Counted from the first letter of the whole stretch, positions 48,096-61,565 are shown. The stretch is DNA of 63,972 nucleotides, filler included, from Stramenopiles sp. TOSAG23-2 (GCA_900128395.1; 11 parts of 11 records of this genome joined end to end with filler, not necessarily neighbours in it), one strand, 5' to 3'. The notes: generated by a model from the sequence alone, not told the origin. Numbers and translations are program-made.

Positions 48096-49331
48096 ATGAT
48101 TGTTGCAAATATGCCAAGATGTAATGTAATGAAAATAATGAAACATTATAAAAATAATAAATATAATCATGCAAAAAATATTTTTAATGATAGTAGTTTA
48201 AAATCTAATAATTTCCATTCTACAAGAACAATTCATAATAATAAACTCATCGCATGCTTTACTGGGCAAGGTTCACAATTCCCTGGCATGGCATCTGAAT
48301 TATATCAAACAGATCAAACAGCGAAATATATGATCGATGAAGCTGATGAAGCTTTAGGATATAAATTATCTGATATTATGTTTGACACATCGTCCACAAC
48401 AACATCATTAACATTAACTTCCAATGCACAACCTGCAATATTATTATATTCAATTATTATGTTGGAAAAATATATGAAAAATAAATTAAATTGTAAACAT
48501 GTAAAAGATGCAGGATATCAAATCGCATTAGGACATTCATTGGGGGAATATACAGCGTTAGTAGCTACTGGTTCAATATCTTTAAAAGATGGTGTAAAAT
48601 TAGTACATAAACGTGGAATGGCAATGCAAAAAGCTGTGACAGTATCAAACGACAACGACAATCAACAATATGGTATGTATGCATTAATGCCAACTACATA
48701 TGAGAATGCATTGGAATTATGTGAAACCATTAATAATAGTAATACTAACGATACGATGATAGTATCCAATGTAGCAAATCATAATGCCAAACAACAAGTT
48801 GTTATAAGTGGCCATATAGATGCGATGGAACAAGTTATTTCGCTTGGAAAGGAAAAGAAATATATACGACGTGCAACTAAATTAGATGTATCTGCTCCAT
48901 TTCATTCATATTATATGAAACCTGCAGTTATAGAATTGAAGGATGTGTTGGATGAAATAGAATTTCATGATCCAATGATACCAATTGTATCAAATGTTAG
49001 TGGAGAAATATATGATACGTCAGATGGTATTAAAGAAAATTTATTAGATCAATTACGTGGTAAGTTTTTTCATTTACATGTACATATATATACATACATA
49101 TATTTCTTTCTTGATAAAATTGTCTTTTGGACTAACAATAATGAAATGTGTATACACATGTATGCAGGAACGGTTCAATGGTGTAAAAGTATGGATACTG
49201 TCGATGATTATCATGATAATGATATGGAAATGACATGGCATGAATTTGGTCCAAAACCTATATTATCTGCATTGATCAAGAAACATTTTGTTGCTGATAA
49301 ACTTATTGAGTGTGAATCTTTTTGTGTTTGA
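48096..49331 (+). CDS. MCAT: Malonyl-CoA:ACP transacylase (mitochondrial FabD type); intron 49060-49167
   Basis: FTGQGSQFPGM, AQPAI, GHSLGEY, ANHN..QVVISG, LDVSAPFHS, EFGP; splicing gives QLRGTVQW. Confidence 0.93.
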   Translation: MIVANMPRCNVMKIMKHYKNNKYNHAKNIFNDSSLKSNNFHSTRTIHNNKLIACFTGQGSQFPGMASELYQTDQTAKYMIDEADEALGYKLSDIMFDTSSTTTSLTLTSNAQPAILLYSIIMLEKYMKNKLNCKHVKDAGYQIALGHSLGEYTALVATGSISLKDGVKLVHKRGMAMQKAVTVSNDNDNQQYGMYALMPTTYENALELCETINNSNTNDTMIVSNVANHNAKQQVVISGHIDAMEQVISLGKEKKYIRRATKLDVSAPFHSYYMKPAVIELKDVLDEIEFHDPMIPIVSNVSGEIYDTSDGIKENLLDQLRGKFFHLHVHIYTYIYFFLDKIVFWTNNNEMCIHMYAGTVQWCKSMDTVDDYHDNDMEMTWHEFGPKPILSALIKKHFVADKLIECESFCV

Positions 49332-49599
49332 TTTTTCTCTACAAAGAAACTTTCTTATGTACACGAATGTATAATTCTATAATTCCGTGCCGAAGTGCAT
49401 AAATCTCCTTTTGATACTTGTAATATAACAATACATACCTGTACCATTACAACTCGCATATTTTTCATCAAATTTCATCATTTTCAACATTTTCAAAACN
49501 NNNNNNNNNNNNNNNNNNNNNNNNNNNNNNNNNNNNNNNNNNNTTAATTAATTAANNNNNNNNNNNNNNNNNNNNNNNNNNNNNNNNNNNNNNNNNNNN

Positions 49600-51245
49600 T
49601 GATCCTCCATTTGTTCGCTCAAACGCTTAATATCTTCATTCAAATATTTTTCATATAATTGTGTGTTTGTGTGTGTGCATGATATCTATCTATGTATGGG
49701 CAAGGGTTAGACTTGTAATATATTATGTGGAGAAGATATTCATATTACCATTATTGCACCGCTATAATATATATATTTATAATTATTATTATTTATACAA
49801 TTGTAAAAGTTACTATGCATATCTCCATTCACATTCTACTCGTCCAATCACTATTTTCACTTTTCATATCGACATTTTGTAATGTTTGGCACCCAATAGA
49901 GTTTAATGCTAAACATGTTAAAAAATATTGACCAATTGCAAACACGTAATCAATCAATTGTTTATCAGCATCATCCTTCGAAACTTCATTTGTAAAATTT
50001 GTATATAACTTCTTTAATGTATCTTGTGTTAATGAAAAATTAGATATTAATTCGTCTGTACCTTGAATCATACATCGGTGTTTATCGGACCATTCATATT
50101 CTTTAACAACGTTGTCCTCCCCATCCGTATCCTCGTCATTATAAAGTAATTTAAATTCTGGTGAATTTAACATTTCATTTGATAATCCAACTTTTGCACC
50201 TAATTGTATGTGTGCATTATATTCATATGGCGATTGACATAATACACCAACTCGTATAATAGGAATTTCTTTATCACTTGAAGTTAAACTATTTGTTGCA
50301 GATGCAGTTGCAACATGTGCTGCAAAAACCATCCATGCCTCATGCAATTCATTATGACGTGCAATATATTTGTGTATTTGTGGGACACGGCCTCTAGCCA
50401 CTTTCATCCTTTTCAATAAATCAGTCCATTCACTTTCATCTTCTAATGCACTTATACGTGGTGCAGGTAAAGACCCATATTTCAATGGCAATACTCGCAA
50501 AGAGGCTAATGATGATAATAATGATGGTGAAGTTGTTGTTGATTTATTACTATTATTAATTATTATTTTAGATCGTAAAGCTTCATAAAAGTTTTCCTTG
50601 TTCGTATCATTGTTATCATTGGGATAAAACGATTCAATGCTATTGGACACCATCGATAATAATAATACATGGCCAACTGTAAATATGACATCAAAAATAT
50701 GTTGTACTGACCAGTTTCCATCAACAAACGCTTTCCAAGTTTCGTCAGTAATTATATGAATCCAAGTTAGTTCATCAATAGCATTTAACAAAAATTTAAA
50801 TTCAGCAAAAAAATTCTTATAACTATTAACACCTTTATCTAATACATACTTATATGAACATATTGCTTCTACTTCTCCAATTTTAAAAACATTTCGATCT
50901 TTACACGTATGAACAATATTGTTAAAGATGGATGAATTTTTGCAATGCCATGTAGTCCTTAAAACGATCAAAAATGCCATCCGTTGCGAGAATGTATTTT
51001 CTATGGAATCAATCTTTGATATAATAAACTGGTTCCAGGGATGAAATTTTTCATATAATTGTGGATGTTTATTCTTAACTACATCATGCAAATGTGGTAC
51101 ATATCGTTGCAAATAATTGATCTGAGTTCTTAACTACATCATGCAAATGTGGTACATATCGTTGCAAATAATTGATCTGAGGATTCATAATTTTATTTTA
51201 CTGTTTTCTGAAGAAAAAAGTATTATTCTAGCTAGAGATTAATAT
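49600..51245. repeat. Near-identical duplicate of 53429-55015
   Basis: Offset 3829 nt; a few SNPs and indels. Confidence 0.92.
49829..51188 (-). pseudogene. Second copy or allele of the AhpD/CMD-like gene, with its 5' end frameshifted by an exact 55-nt duplication
   Basis: Same protein as 53658-54962 (KHPQ versus KHTQ); duplication at 51072/51127. Confidence 0.7.
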
Positions 51246-51633
51246 GTATACGCGTACTTTTTCGTAATACGGACGATTGTATGCAGAGGTTCGTATCATA
51301 CGAAGTCTATCAATCTAGATATGCATAATTTAAAATCTAAGTCATAATTTAAATATGATAATGCAGTATGCGTTTAAATATCCGGTATTCTGTGATGAGT
51401 GATATATCCTAAAATGTCAACAACTTAAACTATTTAAAATTTATATAAAGACACACTATTGAAAACACACTACCCAGGTATTATATAATAACACTGGACG
51501 TAGAATTAGAGAATGTCCAAAATCACTCACGACAACAAAACGACAAAACTTCTTATTATTATTTTTCAATAGTGCAATATTTTAAATATATATCAGAGTG
51601 ATATATATATAATTAATTTACGCATAAATGATT

Positions 51634-53483
51634 TTATTGTGTATGTGACATCACAGGTGAATTACTTCCATCATTATTCGTATTGAAATCACCTGGGTGT
51701 ACATTTTCTTCTTCTGTATCGGATGGTCTCCATCCACGTCGACGAAGTGCTTCTGTGACATCATTTCTTCTTGCAGTATCTTTACCAATCTTCTTCTTCT
51801 TCTTTTTGCTTCCACCTTTATTAGATGATGAAGATGATGGTCTTGAATTCCTACCGCTTTTTTTACTATGGCTACTATTGCTCTTAACATCACCCAATGG
51901 TGTACCATAAGAGCGATCAATATCTTTTCTTTTACTTTCATGATATGCGGATGAATGAACATCATGTTCTTGTCGTGGACGTTTTAAATTATGTTTTTTA
52001 GAAGACGAAGGGTTACTTTTTTTATTACTACGCTGCGTACTCTTTTCACCAGAACCGGTTAACGTTTGCAGTGCATGTGTCAAACTTTGAACAGATTCTG
52101 ATAGATCTTGATTTCTTCGCCGTAATTGCTCGAGTTCTTGTATGGTACTAGTATGGTTTTGATATGCTTGCCGTTCCGTTTCTTTGCGCTTTTGCGCTTC
52201 TTGACGCAATGCTTCTGACATTTGTTGTTCTTTCGAGTGGATTTCATCTTTTGCGCCTTGTTGAAGACGAGTTATTTCTTTCTTTCTCCATTCTTCCTCT
52301 GATTTTAAAATATTTATTTGCCGTCTTAATTCATCTATTTCACGTGAACTAGCTCGTAATTTTAATCTCAATTTTTCTGTATCTTTGCTATTATCCATTT
52401 TTTCTTTGCGCGTTGATGCTAATTTCTCTTCTAATCGATTCACATCGTTTGCACGATCTTGGCGTACACGAGACATTTGTGTTTCCATGCCATTTATTTC
52501 TTCTTTCATTTCAGCTTCCCTTCGCTGTGCTTTTTGTATTATTAAATCCTTTGTCTCTACATCAACTTTCAACGCTTCGATTGTTCTACGAAGCTCTGCA
52601 GAATGTTGCTCTTCGTTTTTTAAATCTTCCTGAGCACTTTGTAAGGTGTTTAATACTTCTTGATTATCTTCATGGAAACGTGCTTGCTCCTTTGCTTGTG
52701 AATTCAAGACTTCATCGATTTGTTTTCTCATTTCATTTTTTGATTTATCAAATTCTTCATATGTTTGTTCATTTTTTTTACGTAAATCTGCTATAATTCT
52801 CTCTCCATCTTCCGCACGTCGTCTCATAGATGCTAAATCTTGTCTTACATTGTCAATTTCCAGATTAGATTGTTGGGAAAGTCGTTGATATTTGCCTCTT
52901 TCTCTTTCCATTTCAGATGCTACTCGTTTCCGTGCTTCCGTTTCAGCTGTTAATTGTGCTTGTACACCTAATTTTTGTTTTTCTATTTGGTCTATTTCTT
53001 CTTGTAAATTTTGATTACGCTCCTCTAAAGAAGATGCACTGGTCAATACGCTATCAAGTTGCGTACTAGTCTTTTGTAAATTGTTCTTTAAAATGCTGAT
53101 TTCTTCTGTTAGTTGTTCTTCCAAAAGTTTTTTGGTATCAATGGTTTGCTTCAATTCTATTGCACAATTTTCGTATCGTTCATTCATTGTCATACTTTCA
53201 CGCTTAACAAGGGCAAGGTCGTTCATTAATTTATTTACTTCTACGTCTTTGCTATTATACGCACTTTCTAAATCTTTATATCGTTTTGTTTGCTCTATTG
53301 TTTGTTCAGCCGAATCTTTGGTAATTTTTTTCAACTCAGATCGTGTTTCACGTAAATCCATTTCAAAATCACGTATTGTTGACTGATACTGTAAAGCTTC
53401 GCGTGATAATTTATCATTTTGCTGCCTTTGATCCTCCATTTGTTCGCTCAAACGCTTAATATCTTCATTCAAATATTTTTCAT
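51634..53483 (-). CDS. 3' half of a long coiled-coil protein (continues 55747-57740, assembled inverted)
   Basis: Begins with the same (KYL)NEDIKRLSEQMED that ends the 55747 ORF. Confidence 0.82.
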
Positions 53484-53657
53484 ATAATTGTGTGTTTGTG
53501 TGTGTGCATGATATCTATCTATGTATGGGCAAGGGTTAGACTTGTAATATATTATGTGGAGAAGATATTCATATTACCATTATTGCACCGCTATAATATA
53601 TATATTTATAATTATTATTATTTATACAATTGTAAAAGTTACTATGCATATCTCCAT

Positions 53658-54962
53658 TCACATTCTACTGGTCCAATCACTATTTTCACTTTTCATATCG
53701 ACATTTTGTAATGTTTGGCACCCAATAGAGTTTAATGCTAAACATGTTAAAAAATATTGACCAATTGCAAACACGTAATCAATCAATTGTTTATCAGCAT
53801 CATCCTTCGAAACTTCATTTGTAAAATTTGTATATAACTTCTTTAATGTATCTTGTGTTAATGAAAAATTAGATATTAATTCGTCTGTACCTTGAATCAT
53901 ACATCGGTGTTTATCGGACCATTCATATTCTTTAACAACGTTGTCCTCCCCATCCGTATCCTCGTCATTATAAAGTAATTTAAATTCTGGTGAATTTAAC
54001 ATTTCATTTGATAATCCAACTTTTGCACCTAATTGTATGTGTGCATTATATTCATATGGCGATTGACATAATACACCAACTCGTATAATAGGAATTTCTT
54101 TATCACTTGAAGTTAAACTATTTGTTGCAGATGCAGTTGCAACATGTGCTGCAAAAACCATCCATGCCTCATGCAATTCATTATGACGTGCAATATATTT
54201 GTGTATTTGTGGGACACGGCCTCTAGCCACTTTCATCCTTTTCAATAAATCAGTCCATTCACTTTCATCTTCTAATGCACTTATACGTGGTGCAGGTAAA
54301 GACCCATATTTCAATGGCAATACTCGCAAAGAGGCTAATGATGATAATAATGATGGTGAAGTTGTTGTTGATTTATTACTATTATTAATTATTATTTTAG
54401 ATCGTAAAGCTTCATAAAAGTTTTCCTTGTTCGTATCATTGTTATCATTGGGATAAAACGATTCAATGCTATTGGACACCATCGATAATAATAATACATG
54501 GCCAACTGTAAATATGACATCAAAAATATGTTGTACTGACCAGTTTCCATCAACAAACGCTTTCCAAGTTTCGTCAGTAATTATATGAATCCAAGTTAGT
54601 TCATCAATAGCATTTAACAAAAATTTAAATTCAGCAAAAAAATTCTTATAACTATTAACACCTTTATCTAATACATACTTATATGAACATATTGCTTCTA
54701 CTTCTCCAATTTTAAAAACATTTCGATCTTTACACGTATGAACAATATTGTTAAAGATGGATGAATTTTTGCAATGCCATGTAGTCCTTAAAACGATCAA
54801 AAATGCCATCCGTTGCGAGAATGTATTTTCTATGGAATCAATCTTTGATATAATAAACTGGTTCCAGGGATGAAATTTTTCATATAATTGTGTATGTTTA
54901 TTCTTAACTACATCATGCAAATGTGGTACATATCGTTGCAAATAATTGATCTGAGTATTCAT
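53658..54962 (-). CDS. AhpD/carboxymuconolactone decarboxylase-like protein, probably two tandem domains
   Basis: LTSSDKEIPIIRVGVLCQSPYEYNAH...VGLS...TDEL...LIDYVFAIGQY; degenerate N-terminal copy with IDEL...IFTVGH. Confidence 0.75.
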   Translation of the reverse strand: MNTQINYLQRYVPHLHDVVKNKHTQLYEKFHPWNQFIISKIDSIENTFSQRMAFLIVLRTTWHCKNSSIFNNIVHTCKDRNVFKIGEVEAICSYKYVLDKGVNSYKNFFAEFKFLLNAIDELTWIHIITDETWKAFVDGNWSVQHIFDVIFTVGHVLLLSMVSNSIESFYPNDNNDTNKENFYEALRSKIIINNSNKSTTTSPSLLSSLASLRVLPLKYGSLPAPRISALEDESEWTDLLKRMKVARGRVPQIHKYIARHNELHEAWMVFAAHVATASATNSLTSSDKEIPIIRVGVLCQSPYEYNAHIQLGAKVGLSNEMLNSPEFKLLYNDEDTDGEDNVVKEYEWSDKHRCMIQGTDELISNFSLTQDTLKKLYTNFTNEVSKDDADKQLIDYVFAIGQYFLTCLALNSIGCQTLQNVDMKSENSDWTSRM

Positions 54963-55746
54963 AATTTTATTTTACTATTTTCTGAAAAAAGTATTATCTA
55001 GCTAGAGATTAATATTACTATCAATCATGGGAATATGTTTCTGAAAGTCTATATACTGTGATGGTAATGACTTATATACATTTTCATCTTTGTTATATTG
55101 ATTTTATAATTGAATTTGTTAGTGTGTAATTATTTATGTATTTTTTTTGTTGGTCGAACCAGAGAGAGAGAGAAAAACCTTAAAGCTGTCGAAATTCACA
55201 ACATGTTAATGTTAATGTTAATGTACTAGTACATTACTCTCAGGAAACCACCGGCGCTCTGCTATTCGCCTCTATACTGTCTGCTAATAGCGACGTATAG
55301 ATAGTACTATACTACCAGACTAGCAACCGGGACCACAGGGTTTCACATCAATGATAATGACACAACATACACAACATGTAATTATGATGACAACAGCCTT
55401 TTCCACAAGGATTTTCAGCTTTTTTTATCTACAACGTTGTTACCGTTGTAGTACCATGGAATAGCATGGGTTTCCAATAGTGAATTGAATTGGCATTTTG
55501 CAAGATATAAGTTGCAATGCTATTCTATGCTGTGGCATATGCATTTCGCGTATTTATAGAACGTTTCAACACAACTCTCATCATCACACACAACAACACT
55601 TATTATAGTAATAATATTATACTATTGCAAAGACTCGCAACTTTTGCAATAACAAATAGAAAATATCAATAATTACAATAGTCAAACATTATCCCGTCAT
55701 AGATAAAATAATTAATAGATACAATAACAATATCGTATTTATATAA

Positions 55747-57740
55747 ATGTCTGTCCATAGCCAGGTAAAAAATGCACAAGACGATGGCGGAACGGTTCAA
55801 GACATGCAACGTACTTTATTAAATAATGTTCAACCTGACGACTTAATGGCTGCAATTCAAATGGCTGCACAGAAACAAGAAGAACATACTTCACGTCCCG
55901 TCTCATCCTCCTCTGTATCCTCCACAACATCAGAAAATGACGAATTAGTTAAACGTTTAGAAGTCCAAGGAAAACGAAAGAAGGAACTAGGTATGTTAAT
56001 TGGTCAATTACATTCGTTGATGGATGATGAACCGGTTGAGAAATTAAAGGAAAAATTAAAAGAAATAGACGAGTTAAAGTTAGAAAATGATAATTTAAGA
56101 AAAAATAATAATGAGTATGAAGATAAAATATTGCAAATAGAAGCTGACGCGGCTCAGCAAGTTCAATCAGTATTAGATACAAATGAAAAACTGCAAAAAG
56201 AACTTGTAAAGCTATCTAGAGATTTATCGTCAGTTGAATCGGATTTAAGCGAGCAAAAGCAACAATGTAAAGAAAAAGTTCTACAGGCTGAAATAAACGT
56301 AAAAAAATTAGCTGAAGAGTTAGAAGATGCACAAGGCAAGGTGGATCGCAACAATGATGTTTTAAATCGTTTCGCAACACAGTTACAAGATGAGCAAAAA
56401 ACGAAAAATCAAATTGTAGAAAAATTGAAAATAAAATCAGTACAATTAGAGGAATGTATTGACCAAGTAGAAACTCTGAAAGCAGAAAAAGTTAATGTTT
56501 CAACACATTTATGGAATTTGACTGAGAAATTAAAATCAATCAGTGGAACATTAGAATCATGCAAAGCAGAAAATGCTGCAATGAAAATAGATAAAGAGCG
56601 TTTAGAGGATGATTTGATAGAATGCCAAAACAAATTTGCTGATAAAACGAAACTATGCGATCAATATTTTACGGCAATGGAGAAAAATGAGAAAAAATTA
56701 GCTGAAACTACTTCCATGTTGCAAGATTTAACAACAAAATATGTAGCAAAAGAAAAAGAATCGAATGAGCAGAAAAAATTATATGAGCAACAAAATCAAG
56801 GTTTAAGTGACAATGTGAATCAATTAAATCAAGAATTAGAGACGACGTCGAAAAAATTAAAACAATTTGAAGGCAAGGCTTCTTGTATACCAGCAATGAG
56901 AAAAAAAATAGTCGAGCAAACAACCATCATTAGTAATTTACGCACTGAAAATAAAGGTATGGCAAATGATTTGAGTGAAACACGTGATTTTGTAACGACA
57001 GTTAAAAATGAAAATGCAAAATTAGACAAGACGCTCAATATAATACAAGCTGAGAAACAAGCATTGGAATCTCGCGCTTGTGCAGCTGAAGCAGAACGTG
57101 ATGCCCAACAAAGGAAGTTTACAGAATTGGCAGAATCACATGAGAAATTATTAGATGATAATAGTGCATTAGAAACTAAATTTGGAGAAACTCGTAAGCA
57201 ATTTGACGAGACGAAAGAAAATTTTGAACTTATTGTAAGTGAATGTAAAGCATTGAAAGAAAAAATAAATAGTAAGAAGGAGCAATTTGAAAATGCACAG
57301 CAAACATTAAATGAAAAAATTAGTTTATTAGAAGATGAATTAGCTATAACACAAGGGGAAAGAAATGGATATCAAGAAGAAATAGAAATAATGTCTCAAG
57401 CAGTCGAGGAAAGTGAAAAACAATTATCTGAATGTCGTGCTCAAATTGCACAATTTACAAATGATGCTACGAAAAATACAAGACAAATGGAAAACGATTC
57501 AGAAATGATAACACAATTAGAGGAGGATAAAGCTCGAATGAGGGAAATGATTGTAAAAGTAGAAAGTGAGAAACGAGAAATGTTAGTCGAATTGAAAGAT
57601 AGAGAAAACGAATTTAATGAGGTACAGAAAGAAGTATCAGAGTTACAAGATAGATTAGAACAGCGTTTAGCGGAGAAGACACAAAATGAAAAATATTTGA
57701 ATGAAGATATTAAGCGTTTGAGCGAACAAATGGAGGATCA
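55747..57740 (+). CDS. 5' half of a long coiled-coil protein (about 1262 aa when joined to the 3' half)
   Basis: Open to the contig end; 1994 + 1795 nt = 3789 nt joins in frame. Confidence 0.85.
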
Positions 57741-58538
57741 NNNNNNNNNNNNNNNNNNNNNNNNNNNNNNNNNNNNNNNNNNNNTTAATTAATTAANNNN
57801 NNNNNNNNNNNNNNNNNNNNNNNNNNNNNNNNNNNNNNNNATGTTTAAATAAAATTTTAAGAGTCATGAAACGGGAGGAACGGACATTGTTTTTCTTGGA
57901 AAAGAATACGTGGTAGTAGTACGAGTAGGAAAATGTGCACAAAAGAAGTTTTACAAATATAAGAATATTTGTGGGGTGTGTGTGCATTGTGTGTGTGATT
58001 TCGTAATTTTTTATGCATACTCTGAAATATTGCATGTGTATATTCGTATTTTTTTTGTATTTTTTTTAATATATATTTATAAAATAAAAAGATTTAAATG
58101 CGTGTGTGAAAGAACATAAAGTGTATACGAGAGAAGAAGAGTGTATAACTATTATATAAAGAGAATTATAGACGATATATGTTTTAATTATAGTTAGTAT
58201 TGATATAACTTACGTGTTTTATATCACTCTACGATTAATATTTAATACACAATAACAATATTTTCAAAAAAAGGATATTATAATAGGAATATATAAAGTA
58301 TACATATTTGTAGTGTATAATACATGCGTGTGTCAAAACTCAATTTTCCGAAAAACAAAAAATAGCGAAAAAATTTTATTACAACCACCACATACAATAG
58401 CCATCGTCATTTATTATTTATTATAAAGCTTAATAGGTATAAAGAAATAGACAACGAGGGTGAAATCATTTTTATTATCAACAAACATAATATATATATA
58501 TATATATATATATATCAAAATTAAGATATTGGACAAAC

Positions 58539-58982
58539 ATGAGTGAATATTCAAACACGGTAACAATATTAGGTTACGTACAAGGTATTTTCTATCTACT
58601 CTCTAGCACTTTGAAACTTGTTAGATTTCAAAAAGGTAGTAATGGAATGTTTCGAGGTAAAAATGCATTTATGCCAATGTTTTTCTTTCCAATTGCTATA
58701 GCAAGTGAATGGTTAAGCTTTTATTTATTTTTTCTTCGAAAAGATTATGAATTAGCCGTACTGAACTCTTCAATATATGTTGGAGGGATCTTCTTCATCC
58801 TATTCAGGGAAGGAAGTAAAGCACCATTGGCACCTGGAATTATTATGTCAACGTTATTAGCAATTACATTGTTTTTAATTTCAAATACAACTCGTGCAAA
58901 ATCATTTGGATTACCAACGACAGCATTTATTGCACTTGGATTTGGACATATATGTGGTCGATTACTCCAATTCTTGAAGTAA
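58539..58982 (+). CDS. Small multi-pass membrane protein of unknown family
   Basis: 147 aa with 4-5 hydrophobic segments; aaacATG context. Confidence 0.7.
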   Translation: MSEYSNTVTILGYVQGIFYLLSSTLKLVRFQKGSNGMFRGKNAFMPMFFFPIAIASEWLSFYLFFLRKDYELAVLNSSIYVGGIFFILFREGSKAPLAPGIIMSTLLAITLFLISNTTRAKSFGLPTTAFIALGFGHICGRLLQFLK

Positions 58983-59399
58983 AAAGATCTTTTATCTATT
59001 TTAGAGCGTTTGTGAAGTGGTTGTAAATAAAAATTATATTAATTATATCACACACATCATGTATATATATATATATATATATATTTAAAATATATTGACG
59101 TGTAAACGCACACAATTAAATTTTACAAGGGAAGTCCATACTTATATATTCTCTTTTATCATAACCAAACTTTCAAATGTTTTTCTTTCGATATTATTGC
59201 CAATGTGTTGTTTTGGCATGGTTATAGTTATTCATTACGAATATAATTTACGTGTACAATTCAGAAAATTCATTATTATTTTTTGTTGCTTTGGATGTTN
59301 NNNNNNNNNNNNNNNNNNNNNNNNNNNNNNNNNNNNNNNNNNNTTAATTAATTAANNNNNNNNNNNNNNNNNNNNNNNNNNNNNNNNNNNNNNNNNNNN

Positions 59400-60857
59400 A
59401 TGCATTGAAACAAGCTTACAAAAAAAATAACATCGTCACTTTTGCTGATCAAGTATATATATTAACCACTGTTGATCGACAGCAGAATAAGGATGGCTGG
59501 TTGCCAATAAAGATGATGGACAACAATCTTGATACAAGTAAGCATACATTTGTACCGAATGTATATGGTATTTTTGATGGGGTGTTGGCAAATTTAAATA
59601 AATACAGCTTAAATGATGTTGTATATGTAATTGAAGATGAAGCGTATTATATGTTGATAGATGCAAAGCATCAAAATGAGCGTGATGCATGGCTTCGAAT
59701 AAATCATGTCAATGAAGAATTGGCAGCAGCGTCAGGTTATAATGCAAATGATATTGTTGAATACGATGGTAAAGTTTTTTTATTATATTCGCCGTTCAAT
59801 CAAACAGATCCAAAATCATGGATGGTTTTGCCTCAACACGAAGATATACGACAGAATATCAAAAAAACGATAGTGGAAAAAAGAAAGAAAGAGAAACTTG
59901 TAAAGGCTGAATTAAAAGCTGAAAAGAATTTTGAGGAAAGTCAAAAGAAAGTATTAAAAGCTTTAAATAAGAAAATGAATGATGACATTAAAAAAAAACA
60001 TGGATCCAATAAAAATAATGATGATGCAAAAAGGGATGGAGGATTGCCACATCAATACCCGAAAGATAAATGCATCTATCAAAGTTCACAATCTAATCTG
60101 AAAAAAACAATGTGTGGTGCACCAACAGAAATTAATATTAGAAATGGTATAAATATTTTTGAAATTCCATTGGAAGCTGCATATTTAGATCCAAATGTAA
60201 TGAACAGTAAAAATTTTGCATATGGTATAACAGATCGATGCGGCCGTTTACAGAATTATTTGACGGTCTCAATACGTGATCCAGTATNNNNNNNNNNNNN
60301 NNNNNNNNNNNNNNNNNNNNNNNNNNNNNNNNNNNNNNNNNNNNNNNNNNNNNNNNNNNNNNNNNNNNNNNNNNNNNNNNNNNNNNNNNNNNNNNNNNNN
60401 NNNNNNNNNNNNNNNNNNNNNNNNNNNNNNNNNNNNNNNGTCTGCATGCGTACACATTGCCTAAGTTAGTTGGAGAATTAGATTGTTATAATCATGATTG
60501 CCAAGTGTTTATGTGCAATCAGTTAACCGGGATGGCTAGTGTGATAAGTGGAAATTTGTACATATATCGTAAAGTTGGTCGGATGGAAACAAACAAAACA
60601 ACGTATAAGAAGCCAATGGGAAATGAATTTGTTGCTGAATATGAAATAAATGGTAAAGGTAGTCCATTTTAAATCAATTTTGTTCGCCATCCAATAACAC
60701 GTGCAGTAAAACTAGATGGTTCTTTGCTGGAAATGAAGGAAAATGTTTACAATCAAAAATTATGTACCAGTGTTAAGAAACTTTTGATGAAACATCCAGA
60801 TGCATCCGAAGATGATATATCTATTTATTTACATGAGGAATATGATATGACAGAGAA
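59400..60857 (+). CDS. Fragment of a hypothetical protein with three CBM5/12-like aromatic repeats; gapped, truncated at both ends, one in-frame TAA at 60670
   Basis: YKKNNIVTFADQVY..W, YSLNDVVY..YY..W and YNANDIVEYDGKVF..W; ORFs at 60457 and 60724 share a frame. Confidence 0.55.
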
Positions 60858-61194
60858 NNNNNNNNNNNNNNNNNNNNNNNNNNNNNNNNNNNNNNNNNNN
60901 NTTAATTAATTAANNNNNNNNNNNNNNNNNNNNNNNNNNNNNNNNNNNNNNNNNNNNCTATTGGATTTGCATTTTTATATATTTTATATGGGTACTACTA
61001 GTATTATACTATAGCTACATTGCAACATTGCAACATTATACCTGTTCGAATACAGTGCACCTAGCGCACCATCCGTATGTGTCCAACACAAGATATATGG
61101 ACAATAGACATATGGATACACATCTTACGACAAAATCCGGCATTCATAATGGATAGGTAGAGATATATGAATGTGATTGTTGAACAGAGAGTGA

Positions 61195-61565
61195 TAAACA
61201 GACGAAGAAGTGGAAGAAGTGGAAGAAGTGACAAACTAGGAAACGAAGAAGTGGAAGTGGAAGAAGTGAATAACAAACTAGGAAACGAAGAAGTGGAAGA
61301 AGTGAATAACAAACTAGGAATCGAAGAAGTGAATAACAAACTAGGAATCGAAGAAGTGGAAGAAGTGTATAACAAACTAGGAAACGAAGAAGTGGAAGAA
61401 GTGTATAACAAACGAAGGGTAGAAGTGAAGTATTAAACTAGGAATCGACGATCAGGAAAAAGTGAATAACAAACTATACCAAACGAAGGGTAGAATCGAA
61501 GTATTAAGCTAGGAATCGAAGTAGTGAATAGCAAACGAAGACGACGATCAGGTAGAAGTGAATTA
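61195..61565. repeat. Degenerate purine-rich minisatellite
   Basis: aacaaactagga(a/t)cgaagaagtg(gaagaagtg) units of variable length. Confidence 0.85.

Noticed and set aside
17759-60672. TAA reassignment or read-through (in-frame TAA at 17759 and 60670)
   Set aside because: Conserved genes (RFC2, ERGIC3, RTEL1) end in TAA and contain no internal stops. Nonsense alleles or errors are more likely.
61167-61436. 89-aa and 116-aa repeat ORFs as genes
   Set aside because: They are translations of a degenerate minisatellite whose later units break frame.
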